The notes under the pieces were generated by a model. That model saw only the letters and a list, made by a program, of their open reading frames with translations, was not told the origin of the DNA and searched no databases. The translations under genes and the position numbers were made by a program. Positions 1-13,943 of a DNA stretch of 64,000 nucleotides are shown one piece after another. Each line of letters begins with the position of its first letter. Within the stretch, counting starts at the first letter, position 1. Origin of the DNA: the human T2T-CHM13v2.0 reference genome, Homo sapiens; NCBI RefSeq assembly GCF_009914755.1, contig NC_060925.1, one strand, 5' to 3'.

Positions 1-3000
1 CTTGGCCTGAGAAATGTGCTACTGATAAGACCGTTGATTCAGGCCCTCAACTCTCTGGATCACTAGATTACAATGTAGTACATAGTTTGTATAAAAAAGG
101 ATTTATTTATCTGGATGTACCAATGTCTGATGACAGTTGTATAGCAGTTGCACCCCTTGAAGGTTTTGTAATGAATCGAGTGCTTATTTTGATTATTTTG
201 AAACTCTACTCTATAAGATATTTGTTTCAGTAGATGAGCACACAAATGTGGCAGAGCTTGCAAATGTCCTTGAGATTGACTTATCCCTGGTTAAGAATGC
301 TGTTTCAATGTATTGCTGATTGGGCTTTGCCCATAAGAAGGGACAAGTAATAAATTTGGATCAACTTCATTCATCATGGAAGAATGTTCCATCCATAAAC
401 AGATTAAAGAGTACCTTAGATCCATAGAAGATGCTCTTGTCATGGGGTGGAGGGGAAAGTAGGAGGCCTGTACAAGAAGCTTCATCGGCAACTGACACTG
501 ATACAAATAGTCAAGAAGATCCAGCTGACACAGCCAGTGTAAGAAGCCTGAGTCTGTCTGCAGGACACACGAAGCACATCGCATTCCTGTTTGACTCCAC
601 TCTTACTGCCTTCTTAATGATGGGAAATCTTTCACCAGTTCAGAGCACTGGTGAAAGAGAAGCACAGAGATATTTTGAGCATGCGCTTACTCTGAGAAAC
701 ACAACACTGTTTCTGCGTCATAACAAAGATCTAGTTGTGCAAACTGCACAGCCAGACCAACCCAATTATGGTTTTCCTCTGGATCTCTTACGCTGTGAAA
801 GCCTTCTTGGTCTGGACCCTGCAACTGGCAGCAGAGTTCTAAACAAAAATTACACACTGCTTGTTTCCATGGCTCCCCTCACCAATGAAATCCGGCCTGT
901 CAGCAGCTGCACCCCTCAGCATATTGGACCAGCTATCCCAGAAGTCAGCTCTGTCTGGTTTAAACAGTACATTTACGTTTATCATATCACTGGACAAGGA
1001 CCACCATCCCTTTTATTATCCAAAGGTACAAGACCTCGAAAACTGCCAGATATATTTCAGAGTTACGATCGATTGCTAATAACATCTTGGGGTCATGATC
1101 CTGGAGTAGTTCCTACCTCAAATGTGCTCACGATGTTGAATGATGCTTTAACACATTCTGCAGTTTTAATTCAGGAGCATGGTCTGCATGGGATAGGAGA
1201 AACTGTCCATGTCCCATTTCCATTTGATGAAACAGAACTACAAGAAGACTCGTGTCAATATGGGTGTTCATAAAGCATTGCAGATACTAAGGAACAGAGT
1301 GGACTTACAACATCTCTGCGGATATGTCACCATGTTGAATGCTTCCAGCCAACTTGCAAATAGAAAACTCAGTGATGCTTCTGATGAGAGAGGAAAACCT
1401 GATTTGGCTTCTGGCTCAGATGTTAAATGGGAGTACAGAGTCATTTGAAATGGTCATTGAAGAAGCAACTATAGATTCAGCAACAAAGCAAACCTCTGGT
1501 GCCACAACAGAAGCAGATTGGGTTCCTCTCGAGCTGTGCTTTGGAATTCCACTGTTCAGTTCCGAATTAAACCGGAAAGTATATAGAAAAATTGCTACAC
1601 ATGGCCTTTGCAGAAAAGAGAGCCTTCAAAAACCTCTTACATTCCAGTAGAAAACTCTCTCTGCAAGTCCTTAACTTTGTTCACTCATTCCAGGAAGGTG
1701 CTTCAACATTGGATATTCACACAGAGCCCAGTTTTTCAAGTTTGCTTTCACAGTCATCGTTTGCTGACATGGGTGTTCCACTTCCTGCAAAAAATTTAAC
1801 ATTTAAAGATAGTGTCTTATCAGAACGGAGTGGATGGTCACCTTCCTCACTTATTGCTAATCTCCATTTGCAATAATTTGGTTACACCATTTGCTGCTCA
1901 CACTTTCTGCCTTTTTTCTTTCTTAACGTTAGCTTTATAGTGTCAGCCACTAAAAAGCATCCTGCTGCTGCGGAGCAATTCTTGCTTTACTAATATTAAA
2001 AGTTTGGGGAACATATTCATGTTTTCTGAAGTTTTGCTCCTTATTGCACATCTTATTGCAACAAAGTGCTTTTTAGCATCCAGCACTGTATTTTTTTACC
2101 TTGAGACAATCTGCATTTCTTTTATAAAACTAAGTATATACTTTATAGGCTTTATGATGACTGTTATGTTTAAAAGCAGTCACTGTGAAAATTGCAATGA
2201 TAATTTTATATGTTAGTTTATCAAACATCAATCTTGTTTAACTTTATATTTTGTTACCTATACTTTGGGGGATCAAGGGAAGAGATGGAACTCTTCCTCT
2301 GAAAATGCTTCTTGGTACTTAAAGTAGTAAAACTATAAAACAGTAAACATCCAGTATTGGGAGATGATATGATAGGGCATTATGAATTCCTATGGGTATC
2401 TAAATTATGTATGTCAGTTGGACATTGTAGAAGGTATGTAAATCATCATGGTTATGTATAACTTAACCTTGATTTATAAGGTCTTAATTCAGATTATGAC
2501 TATTCGTTGACATCTCATGAGAAGCTTTAGAAAACTTTCTATTTTTAAACACCATTTATATGTGGACTTCTGTTGTCACTGACTTTGGGCTTTATATTTT
2601 CACAGAGTCTTTATGGAAAAAGTAGAATTTATTTTCCACTCTTGTAGCTATAGCTGCTGCACATTTTCACCCTGATTTATTTTTTTGTTTCTTACCTTTG
2701 ATGTTTTCAAACCAAGGATTGTGATTTTAGGTTAGAATTACATATTAGAAGCATTAAGACTATGTCTTTGGATCAGAATGCTTTAGTGATTAACCTACTT
2801 TGAAGACATACTCTTAAGCAATCTGGATCTTAAATTTATGTGAATACATTTTTAGAAAATGATAAAGAAAAATGGAATTACTTCAAAGTGTTTCTTGAGT
2901 CATTGATTCTTTTAGCATCTCAAATGTTAATTAGAATAATTGGAATCACTTTTTAGACTTTTCAAGTTACCTTTCTTGGGAAGTTTGTGTAGTGTTAACA

Positions 3001-4625
3001 GTTTAGTTTAGCTCCTCTTATAGGGCAATGGTTTGCTAGTTTAAAACTGTAACCAAATGAACTGGTCAGACAACTCATATCTAAAACACTTAAAATGTTA
3101 GAACGTTTGGGAATGTTATAACCTAAGCGTTTTTGCTGATAACTTTTTGTTATTTATAGACATTTGTGTATTTAACATACTTACTTCTGGAAATATATGC
3201 CTTTCCTAAAACTTAACCACACATCCACTACCATGGCCTATGTATAGAATTGAATATTTTGGACCATGTTATCTGTGGCACAGTCAGTGCTGTGTTTGAG
3301 GTAAATGCAGTAACGGTTAGTTTTCTACTTTGCCTTATAAAAGGTAGAAACCATGTGTATGTTATGTTTGTCTATAAAAGAAAAATACTAATATTAAATT
3401 ATTTCTTATGACTGTGAGTCACTCACTTATTTTTCCAATAATTGATATTGTACATTCTTAGTGCCATTAGGTATGTATGTATGTAACTTTTACAGTTTTT
3501 CAGCTGAAAGTTGTATTTTTTTTTAATCAGGGCTCTTTAATCTCATTTTAATTTCCTTTGTTTGAATGAACTGTAGTTATTTTCTGTATTCCTATATTAA
3601 CCATCTAAACCAACTGTAATGACACGTACACTAATAAAGAATTGAACATTTGTATTTGTTGGCAGTGAGCCAAGTTGTTGGTGAATTTAAAGCTTAAAAT
3701 ATGGGAGTGATTTGCTGCTATATTTCTTTTGAGAGATAAAGGAGGAAGAAATGGAACCTAATGGTAATCATGAATTTTAGGGAAAGTACTGAAAAACCAT
3801 GGGGTCCCCTCTGGTTTCTTGTGTTGAATGAGGCAAGAGTAATCATCTGATTCTGAGCTGAAGACCTCTCATACTCTCAAGGAGGGAGAGTGCATTTTTA
3901 GAGCTTTTAGCAAAAATGTGAAAAGTTCATGTTTGCACGTTGCTTTGTGAATTTGGCTTCCTTTTACTTATACATTAACTCATGTAATGTCTTAAATCTT
4001 ACAAGTATTGATCCATTTCAACAAAAAGGTAAATTTAAAATGCAGACTTTGTTACTTGCCAAAGAAGATTCATGAAAAATTTATATCCAATTATTTTCCA
4101 AATAGTTAATTTAATTTGGCTTTTTACCACATTCCTTCCTTTCTTTCCCGACTTCTTTAATGTAATTTAAATCCTGGAAAACATTCTTTAGAAACCAAGA
4201 GGAAAAGAAGAACACATACCAAAAAAGACATATAACTTAAAATGGTACATTTCACATCTAAAATGGGTTTGAAGAAACGCAACTTTATATCATTAAAAAA
4301 TAAGATCATCTGATTTCCTTTATTTCTTTTTTAAATTATGTAATCAGATGATTTTATATTTTTTGGGGGGGGCGGAATATTGGTTTCTTTTACTTGATGT
4401 TTTCAGTTTTCTCTGGCATTCAAGTTTCTTTTTTGTGTTCAGTGTTTCAAATACAATTTGTATTTAAGGATTTTAAAATACCAAACTGTAAATGAGTACA
4501 GTGGATCTTTTTCTGTTAGGATGTTAATATTATACAATGAAATCTATAAAGTGTTGTCAATTTGATCATTGACACATATGACATGTTTACAATTAAACTG
4601 TGGTGTTGATCAAGTTAAAAAAAAG
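1..4625 (+). pseudogene. FAM91A1 processed pseudogene (3' coding part plus 3' UTR), FAM91A2P/A3P-like
   Basis: Intronless FAM91A1-like peptides across several frames ([57 protein letters not shown], terminal IANLHLQ* at 1876). In-frame stops near 317 and 424, frameshifts near 1245, 1425 and 1615. AATAAA at 3633, ATTAAA at 4592 and an A-tail at ~4617-4625. Confidence 0.93.
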
Positions 4626-5679
4626 GCGGAGGCCTTCCATAAGTCATTTCAAATGGACTAAGCTTTAAAGTTCTCTTTGGAGCCATCCTCATATGCAAAA
4701 GGGCTATGAGTAGGAGGAAAACTCAGGCCTCTGAGGTCTCCTGAAAGAGTTTTGCTAATGTCACAACTGGCTTTCTATGTTATCTGAAGATTGAGATCTC
4801 CATGAAGAGTGAAGATAGGTAATGCTTAAGGCTGAGGCATTACCTCACTGGGTCACCTTAGCTGGGAAGGGAGGTCAGTTATCCCCTTGCAAACATTTTG
4901 GTAATCCAAATCTTGGGATGATTTCTTTAAGTAAGAATTTAGACACTTCCAATACTTTTCTTGTCCTTGTGGGGAAAGCTTCTATCCACCTGGTGAAAGT
5001 GTTTATAAATACTAGCAAATATTGTAGTCCCCTGTAAGGTGGCATCTGGGTTAAATCTGTCTGCCAGTCTTCACTATGGTATGTTCCGTGGTGTTGTACA
5101 AGTTTAAGCAGGGAGTGGGGTATGGGGTGGCTTCCTGATTGGTAAATCTTTTTATAGATTAGAACAGTCCCTTCCCCAAGAATATTTAGGAAACTAATTT
5201 GAATGGAAAATCCTGTCCCAAATGTGAGGAATCATGAAAATGTTAAATTATTTCCCATTTGTCAGCCTCAGGAATAGAGTTTGTTCTTTTCTAGCAAGCG
5301 TCTAGAGGGGTCTTACTGGAAGCCTTTTACTCAGTCCCTTTAATTTCCTTGGGTGTATAGTACGGTTCCACTGACATGGATGACCTGGTAGTAGCGCAGC
5401 AGCCTGAAATACCAGGGTTTCCTTAGCTGTGGCCTTAGCTGCTCTTTCCAAAAGGGAATTTCCTCTAATAAGAACAGTGTCTCCCTTCTGGTGTCCCCTG
5501 CAGTGAATACTTGTTATTTCTTTGGGAATTGGATGGCATCTAAAAGTTCCAAGATCTGAGTAAAGTTGTATGGGGGATCCCTTGGCTCTTGATAGTCCCC
5601 TTTCCTTCCCTATGGTTGCATGAGCCTGAAGCACCCGGAAACCATACTTAGAGTCAGTAAACACATTGACTCTTGAGGG

Positions 5680-5978
5680 TTTTTTTTTTCTTTTTTGAAA
5701 CAGAGTCTTGCTCTGTCGCCCAGGCTGGAGTGCAGTGGCATGATCTTGGCTCACTGCAAACTCTGCCTCTCAGTTTCAAGTGATTCTTGTGCCCCACCCT
5801 CCCGTGTAGCTGGGATTACAGGTGCCCACCACCATACCCGGATAATTTTTGTATTTTTAGTAGAGACAGGGTTTCGCCATGTTGGCCAGGCTGGTCTCGA
5901 ACTCCCAACATCAGATGATCCACCCACCTCGGCCTGCCAAAGTGCTGGGATTACAGGCGTGAGCCATCCAACCCAGGC
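5680..5978 (-). mobile_element. Alu (S-type) inserted in ERV pol
   Basis: Poly-T followed by reverse-complement Alu consensus. Confidence 0.93.
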
Positions 5979-7521
5979 TTAAGTCTTTTCACAGTTGGAA
6001 GGTCCTGATTAGAGCAGCTAATTCTGCTTTTTGAGCAGAATTCTGAGAAGGTAAACCCTTGGCCTCAATGACTTCTTGTTAGCTAACCTTCCTTTCTTAC
6101 TCCCTCATGAATAAAGCTATTTCCATCTCTAAACCACTCAACACTGGGGTTAGACAAGGGCTTGTCTTCAAGGTTGGACCTTCTAGAGTAGATCTCTTCC
6201 ATGGTTTCCACCCAGGAGTCAATGAGTTGGGGATCTGTTTCTTGGGATGTGAGGTCCAGCAACAGAGTAGCAGGGTTTAAAAATCAGCATACTTTAAGGG
6301 TAACATCTGGGGTGTCAAGCAGAAGAGCCTGATATTTAAGTAACTGGCCCCCTATTAGCCATTGGTATACTTTTGCCTCTAGGACCCTCTGTACTGTACT
6401 TCATGGGGTGGTGGGGGGCGGGGGTGGTATGGCATCTACTTGTTGTCCCAAGGTAAACTTACTGGCTTCTTCTACCAATAGAGTGATGGTAGCCACAGAT
6501 CTCAAGCTTCCTGGTCACTCAGCTGCCACCTGGTCTAGCTGTTTAGAGAAATAAGCCACTGGTCTGAGGCAATTCCTGACCCTTCGAGTTAGAACATCCA
6601 AAGCTGTCCCTTGTTATTCATCCACATAGAGGATGAAAGGTTTTTCTAAGTTCGAGAGTCTTGAAGCAGGGGCTGTCCCTGGCTTTTCTTTTAAGGCTAA
6701 GAATGCCTTTTGACAGGCTCCATTGCAATTCAAAGGCTTATAACCACTCACTTTTGGAGGTTCGTAGAGTGGTTTTGCTATGAGCCCAAACCTGGGAATC
6801 CAAACCCAGCAGAATCCAGCTATTCTCAAAAAGGAATTTGAGGGACCTGGAGTGCCAGGATGGTCTCTTTTCATCCCTGGGTCAAGATCCTGGTCCCAGG
6901 AGTGAGAATGTGTCCCAAATACGTGACCCTTTGGACAGAAATTTGGGCCTTTCGGGGGGATACCTGATACCCTTGTTTTGTTTCAAAATTAAGGACTTGA
7001 AGTTGTATGTTTCTCAGAGTCTTCCCCTAGTAGGGCTGGAAATTAATAGGTGATACACATATGGTAAGAGGGATCCATTAATTAACTGTAGTTCCCATAC
7101 CTCTTTTGCCAATGCATTGCCAAACAGATGGGGATTGTCCTAAAACCTTGGGGACAGGACAGTCCAGGTAAGCTGAGATGCAGCATGAGTGTCTGGATTA
7201 GTCCATTCAAATGCAAAAATGTATTGGGTGTCCAGGTGTAAAGGTGTGTGAAAGAAAACATCTTTTAAATTTAATACTATGAACCAATAAGCATCTTCAG
7301 GGACTTGAGTTATTATTGTATAAAGATTAGGAACTATTGGGTGACTGGAACTAATGCCTCATTAACTGCCCTAAGATCCTGAACAAATCTATATTCCCCG
7401 TTTGGCTTATTAACAGGAAAAATGGGGGTGTTACGTTGGGACTGACAGGATTGTAATAATCCATACTTCATTATCAGGGGATGGATGGCCCTTGGAGCCA
7501 AAGGTCTAAAAGGATACTGGA

Positions 7522-7813
7522 TTTTTCTTTTTTTTTTTTTTGAGTCAGAGTCTTGCTCTGTTATCCAGGCTGGAGTGCGGCGGCGCAAGGCTCACTGCTA
7601 CCTCTGCCTTCCGGGTTCAAGCAATTCTCCTGCCACAGCCTTCTGAGTAGTTGGGATTACAGATGTACACCACCATACCTAGCTAATTTTTGTGTTTTTA
7701 GTAGAGATGGGGTTTTGCCTTGTTGGCCAGGCTGGTCTCAAACTCCTAGCTTCCAGTGATATGCCCACCTTGGCCTCCGAAAGTGCAGAGATTAAAAGCA
7801 TGGGCCACCACAC
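7522..7813 (-). mobile_element. Alu inserted in ERV RT
   Basis: Reverse Alu, with TAAAAGGATA repeated on both sides (TSD-like). Confidence 0.9.
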
Positions 7814-10765
7814 TTAAAAGGATATTTTTTTTCCCATAGATAATTAACACTGGGTTTCAAAATAACCTGGACTGGGAGAACATTTGCAGTTCTTCCAGGA
7901 ACTACCATGTCACAAGCAGACGGGTCTACTTGAGAAGTAATATTTGATGGAAGGAACGTCTTTTCTTTATCTGTGTAAAGACATGAACTTAGAGCTAGGA
8001 GAAGTGTCCCTTCCCAGCCTGTGGCCTTCTCTTGAGGTGCTCCAAATGGAACTGCAGCCTGTTATTGGGAAAGTAAGTCTCTTCCCAGTAAAGGAATAAG
8101 GCACTCAAGACTAAGCAAAAATCTGTGGAAAAACATGGTTCCCCACAGTGCAACTAAAGGAATGGGTGAATCTCCTAGCTTTTAGCTGGTCATCAATCCT
8201 CATTACAGTACAGGAGTGGGAAGACAGCGGCCCCAAGGACTAGATCAGAACTGAGAAGGCGGCTCGCATATCCAATAACTCAATATTTTTACCCGCCATG
8301 TCAAGAATTACCTGAGGCTCTTCTGTAGAGATGGCAAGGTGTCTGGTGGAAGCTGTAGGGAATCTTGGGCCCTGTCAGTCCTCTGTTCTCTTAGCCATTA
8401 GGGGTCCGAGAAGCTCAGACTCCGTTTGGAGACTGAGGCAGTCTTTCCTCCAGTGGCCCTCTTGCTTACAGAAGGCACACTGATTCCAGCCTAGGGGATG
8501 ATGAGCTGGCTTTTGTCTGGGCATCCCAAAGCCACTCTTGCAACACTTTCTCAGGATGGGCAGCTCAAAAGCAGTAGGAGGCTGAAAGCAGCTGCAAACA
8601 ATTGCATTTTTTGGCTATTTCTTTTGGTTTTATCCTCTTCCTCTGCCTTGTCCCTATTGTTGTAAACTCCAAAGGCCATGTTTAAGAGTTGGCTCATGGA
8701 GTTTGGGGTCCCATTCCTGCCTTTTGTAACTTCCTCCTAATGTCAAGGATAGATTGAGTAATACAACGCATGCCCAGAAGAGCCCGCCCTTCCGGGTTGT
8801 CTGGGTCTACATTAGTATATTTCCTGAGTGCCTCAACCAAGCAGCCCTAAAACAGAATGGGATTTTCATCCTTCCACTGAGTTACTTCTCTATCCTTGTC
8901 ATAATTAACTGGCTTAATCACACACCTTTTCATACTTTCTATTAAACAAGTTAGCATGTGATTTCTATGTTCAAGTTCTTGGGAACCCTTCTGGTAATCC
9001 CACTGAGGGTCTCTATGTGGAACTGCATCTCCCCCTACATAAATGGTATGGCCTTGGATATGAGCAGCTACTCTAACTGCATATTCACAGGCCAGTACCC
9101 AGAATCCCTCTCTTCTCCTCTATAATACAGGAAGAGGACAATAATATTTGCAAGTTGTGCCAAGTTAAATCAAAGGACATCATCAACCTGACAAACTCCT
9201 CTATAAACTTCCCTGGATCCTTCAAAAACCAGCCATATTTCTCCTTGAAGAAAGCCAATTTGGACAAAGGAAATGGCACATATACTCTGATTGTTCCCCT
9301 ATCTCTGCCAGCTAACTCCAGCAATGGACACAGATTCAATTTGAGGGGCTGATAGAGAGCTCCACTCCTGGTGGTTCTGGTTGGGCTTACTTCCTTGGGC
9401 AGTGGGGGATACAGGCTGGAGCTAGCTAAATAAAAGGGAGGGTTTTCTGATGACATTGGGGTGAAATCCCACACTGGAGAACTGGCAGGACCCCTCGCAG
9501 AACTGGGGGACTGAGAAGACCCTGGAGAGGGCATGGGCCCTCCAGGGGGTGCCGCTAGGAAGGGAGCATCGAGGATATCCCACGCGGTTTCTTGGTGCCT
9601 GGAAGTAACATGAGCCAGACACATCCTGCAGTTGACTCTTAAGTCAGAATCCTGGTAGGGGGCCATAGAAGCCTGTACGTAAGGAACTTCTCCTCATTTT
9701 CCTTCCTTTTTACTGAATAAGTCCAATTGTAAAATAGTATGATAATGTAAAGAACAAGTTTCAGGCCAAATTTCTTGTTCTCCCAAGAAAATTGTTTCTT
9801 TTTCTTTGAGCCATCTCATTTGAATTTGCTCCAATTGCCTTAAAGACACCCTAGTGGGGAGTCCTTTGGGATGCTCGCCTTTGTCCCCATGTCTAACAAG
9901 GATCTCTACTACACCCAGAAGTTTTTCTAAGTCTAGCAAAAGCTCAGTTACTTTCCCTTTCAAATTCCCACCTCCTGCAGAGAAGATGTAAGTACAGTTA
10001 GCCAAGCGTTATGAAAGTAGATTATGAAATATGAATGCGAAGTAAAATGATGGGTCTGAATTCCACAGAGTGAAGAAAGCATTTTAGTTTGGGCAAAGAG
10101 GGGTTAAAAGAAACAAGGTGATCATGGAAGGGAGGAAGGGAAAGCATGAACAGCGTTGTCCAGACTGAGGTGCCAGAAAATCTACCCAGCAGCCACAGAG
10201 ACTGAGGAAAAATATTTGGGCAAAATGTTTGGGTGGCTGCTGCTTGTCTGCCACTATGGGTAGTTGTCACTTGGGCCAGGGGTCCAGGAACCCCTGGTCC
10301 CTCTGACCAAGAGTTCAATATGGGCTTGAGCAAAGTCACGTAGGAGGGGGCCCACAACTGGCTGTTATGGAAAATCTTAATCTTTTAATTTAAGGGCGGA
10401 GAAGATGACATCCACACTCCTCCAGGGAAGGAGCTCTAATCCACAATCCTATAGGGAATGTCAATGCTGAAAACCCCAGAGCATCCAGGGAGAGGCCAAC
10501 AGTGACAGTGGAACTCTCACCACAACGAAATGCCAAAAACCCAGAGTACCCAAGTATCAGCCAGTGATGGTCCCCACACTGAATGCTGAAACTGCAGGGG
10601 AGGCAATGGTGAACCCCAAAGGCCAAGTTAGGGGCCACTGAACAATGTGACTTTGGCATCTCAGGGTCAGCACAGTAAGGGACTTTTCACGACCAAGTGT
10701 CCTGCCTTAAACAGTTCTTGACTCTGTCCTGTCCTGTGTTATATCATGTCCTGTCCCATCTTGTC

Positions 10766-10783
10766 TTGTCTTTGTGGTCACCA
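10766..10783 (-). promoter_or_regulatory. Retroviral primer-binding site, tRNA-Arg-like
   Basis: TGGTGACCACAAAGAC starts 2 nt after the LTR's CA end and resembles the Arg PBS TGGCGACCACGAAGGGA. Confidence 0.6.
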
Positions 10784-10785
10784 GA

Positions 10786-11283
10786 TGATGCAAGGAAGGA
10801 CAACCCCAAAATTGGGGCTTAGCCCAGGAGAGTTCTTGGCTTTGCCCAGGTAAGAATTCAAGGGCAACCCAGCGGTGAAAGAAAGCAACTTTTGTTAAAC
10901 TGGTACTGCTTCTCGTGGAGGAAGGCTAACCCATGGGCAGTGTGTGGGTTGCTAGCTAGCTGTATTTATTTAGATGCTTTTAATTAGATGCTAATTAGGA
11001 AGTGGGTTATTCAGAACTTTTTGGAAAAGGGATGAGGAGTTTCCAGAAGCATATAAGGTAACTTCCTGGCCATTGCCATGGCATGTTGACATGGCATTTA
11101 TAAACTGTCATGGCACTGGTAGGAGTGTCTTTATGCTAATGAGCAGTGAGGGCAACTAGAGGTAGCTTTTGTCTCCATCTGCTGGTTTTGGTCAGCTTCT
11201 TTACTGCACCCTGTTTGGACCAGATCCTGCTCTGATCAACTGGGCCACAACCGCAAAATAAGTCCTGCCACTTTCCTGCCTCA
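10786..11283 (-). mobile_element. 5' LTR of the ERV (MER66/MER41-like ERV1 LTR)
   Basis: TGAGGCAGG...CATCA termini on the minus strand, internal GCCATGACAGTTTATAAATGCCATG..GGAAGTTACC motif, adjacent to the PBS. Subfamily is tentative. Confidence 0.75.
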
Positions 11284-11809
11284 GTAGAATCTCTGCCAAA
11301 GAATGATCTTGAAAGTTTGCTGTTTACTCATCATCTGGAAAAATCTTCCTGTATAGGCCAAATTCCCACCCTTGAGATTTCTGAAGGACCAACAAGTAAA
11401 AACAGTATACTCCAATGGGACTGTTAGATTTCAACTAACTTACTCTCCTTTGGATTTCTTTTTCTGAAAATAAATTCTTCACACACACTGACTTGTCTTT
11501 TGCAATCCAATGTAAAAGTGGGACATCTTCTTCAGAAGCTTTGAAACATACAAATTAGCCTCAAACTTACCTACCAGACTTCCAGGCTAGAAGGCTGATT
11601 CATGTAAGAAGGACTAAGAAGACACTTCACCCATATCCTGGGTAACAGGAGGGGATCCTTTAGATAGGTTTGTACACCAGGCTGGCAACCTACACTTTCT
11701 TCTAGCAGTGAGAGGTACTGAGATCCGTCACCCCCTCCTGCAAGGCCAAGACCCAGAGAGAGCCAAATTTTAGCCTAGAATTCAGCCAGCTCTTCACAGT
11801 CTCCCATGT

Positions 11810-12150
11810 TTTACATTTTCCTCCACAATCATTTACTTTGAAAGACTTCAAACCTATAGAAAAATTGAAAAAAAAAGAACTCCTCTACACCATTCACCCA
11901 AGTTCAACAGTTAACATTCCTTTACCTTTTTTCTCTGTCTACACACATCTACACACACATTCATATTTCATAGTAAATGCAGACCAAAAAAACTCCACTT
12001 CATCCCTAAATAGTTCAGCATGTATTTCATGAGATTAAGGACATTATCCTATATAATTATAATACAATTCAATTATCAAACCTAAGGATATTAACATTTA
12101 TTCAATAACATTATCTAATATACAGTCCAGATAGAAATTTTCTGTTTAGA
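11810..12150 (-). mobile_element. Old L1M 3' fragment
   Basis: Resembles L1MC/ME 3' UTR (TTCAAACCTATAGAAAAATTGAAA..ATTCACCCAAGTTCAACAGTTAACATT). Confidence 0.5.
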
Positions 12151-12323
12151 AAATGTCACATCTATACACATATATGTGCATGTATATAGATATTTATGCA
12201 TACATAGTGTGTGCATGTGTGTATGTATGTGTATATATAACACACATGCACATTACATATGCATAAATGTTTTAATTTAATAATATTTATATGCATCAAT
12301 ATCTTAAAGATATATACATATCA

Positions 12324-12665
12324 TTAGCTGGAAGCTGCCTCTATCCATATATTAAAGGTTTCTCCATATGTAGTGAACTGTAACCTAACTGGATGTGTAA
12401 ACAACCTGTAACCTACTCTTGAGCCAATGACTGAGTTTTAGCCAATCAAAGGTGGCCAACTGTTCAAACTGGGTTCAAATAAGACAAACTCAGAGCTGTA
12501 GCCAATCCGATTATTTTTGTACCTCACTTCTGTTTTCTGTAAGTCACTTTCCCTTTTCCATCCATAAATCTTCTTCTACCACATGGTAGCACTGGAACCT
12601 CTCTGAACCTATTCTGGTTCTGGAAATTTCTGATTCAGGAATTCTTCTTTGCTTAATTAAACTCT
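12324..12665 (+). mobile_element. MER57-family solo LTR
   Basis: AAAGGTTTCTCC..GTGAACTGTAACCTAACTGGATGTGTAAAC..CCAATC repeats match the remembered MER57 consensus. Confidence 0.8.
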
Positions 12666-12760
12666 GTGTGTGTGTGTGTGTGTGTGTATTATATATTATA
12701 TACACATGTAATATATATATGTATGTGTATATATAATATTTATTTAAGAGAGAGAGAGAA
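12665..12760. repeat. (TG)n/(TA)n/(GA)n compound microsatellite
   Basis: Directly visible. Confidence 0.9.
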
Positions 12761-13073
12761 GTGACTTGTGGTACTGATGTTGCTTCCCTAGGTTCCAAGT
12801 AAAGTTCCTCAATTGCACTTTACTTACCTAGAGCTGTCCCTCCATTTCTTTGTCCTTGTTGCTAAGTTTTTGAAGTGGATAGGCTAGTTATCTTGTTCAA
12901 CATCCTGCATTCTGATCAAACTAAACATTTTTGGAAAGAACAGAATATAGGAATTTGTGCTTCTTACCACTCAACCTGTCAGAAAGCAAGTGATGCAAGA
13001 ACAAAATATTGTGAATATGTTTACATCGAAAGTGTTAAAGAAAACTCAGCATCTGCCAGCAAGTTTATGGCGT

Positions 13074-13142
13074 GCCACGGTGGTATAGTGATTGGCACTT
13101 TGTGTTGTGAATGCAGAACCTTGATTCCAATCCAAAATGGCA
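13074..13142 (+). pseudogene. tRNA-His(GTG) relic
   Basis: GCCACGGTGGTATAGTGATTGGCACTTTGTGTTGTGAATGCAGAACCTTGATTCCAATCC aligns to human tRNA-His; B box degenerate. Confidence 0.7.
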
Positions 13143-13943
13143 GTGTGTGGCATCTTTTTGGGGAGAAACTGAGCTGTCTTTTGGTTTGTTTTCAATCCGT
13201 GCACTGACTGAGTCCTTTAGCAGGGTTTACCACTGACTCCTGCAATGCAGTGCAGTCAGGCAAAAAGGAGACCCCACATTGCACATACCTAGGGCCCAGG
13301 ACATGCCCTATGTCTCACCATTGAGCAGAAAATATCCCAAAGGGTAAAATGTCACCTTTCAAACCGCCATGTTGGTAGCTTCCACTAATGCAGTGGTGTG
13401 GTCATAACTGGTTTTTACTGTTCCTTACAATGGCTGCAACCCTTATTTGTGACTAGAGAACAAGGCTTACCACTGAATTGCCAGCATGATACAGCCAGGG
13501 CCATCAAAAACACACCTGCACTAGGTCATTGGGAACTTTGGAGGTGCCTTACATCTGGGCATGCATTGAACCACCACACAAGGTGAAATGCCTCTTCTCA
13601 AAGAGGCTTGCCTGCAGTTTCCACTAATGAAATTGTGAGTCATAGCTGTTCTTCTGTTTGAGATATTAGGAGGGATTTTGTGGGGGGTGAGGGGGGATGA
13701 AAGTGAGCTTTTACTGAGTTTAAAATAAAATCCAAACTCCTTGCCATGGTCTACACTGGCTTGTCTCCATCTTCCATCCCCCACCCGCCATGTTTATGCT
13801 AAAGAGCAGACTATTGAAATGTAATTCACACAGTGTAAAATTCAAATATATTAACTAGGACAGGTTATTAAATATTGACAAATGAAATCATCACCCAGAT
13901 CAAGTTATAGAAAATTTCCATCATCCCAAAAATGTCTGTGGAT

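Larger units (their letters stand above)
4626..10785 (-). mobile_element. Decayed class I (ERV1, gamma-like) provirus internal region: gag-pro-pol
   Basis: Minus-strand motifs: gag TILQLDLFSKKEGK (~9700) and DPGKFIEEF..SFDLTW (~9200), CCHC knuckle CAFCKQEGHWRKDC (~8440-8485), protease LLDMRAAFSVL (~8250-8282), RT PVNKPNGEYRFVQDLRAVNE (~7360-7420) with YxDD decayed to YVYH (~7055), RNase H VFTDSKYG..HATIGKERG (~5600-5670), integrase SPFEMTYGRPP (~4630-4660). Many frameshifts. Confidence 0.9.

Noticed and set aside
13500-13660. Possible U1 or tRNA-Gly remnant downstream of the first His relic
   Set aside because: Only short scattered matches (GTGGTTCAATG; CAGTTTCCAC..GAAATTG), indistinguishable from chance by eye
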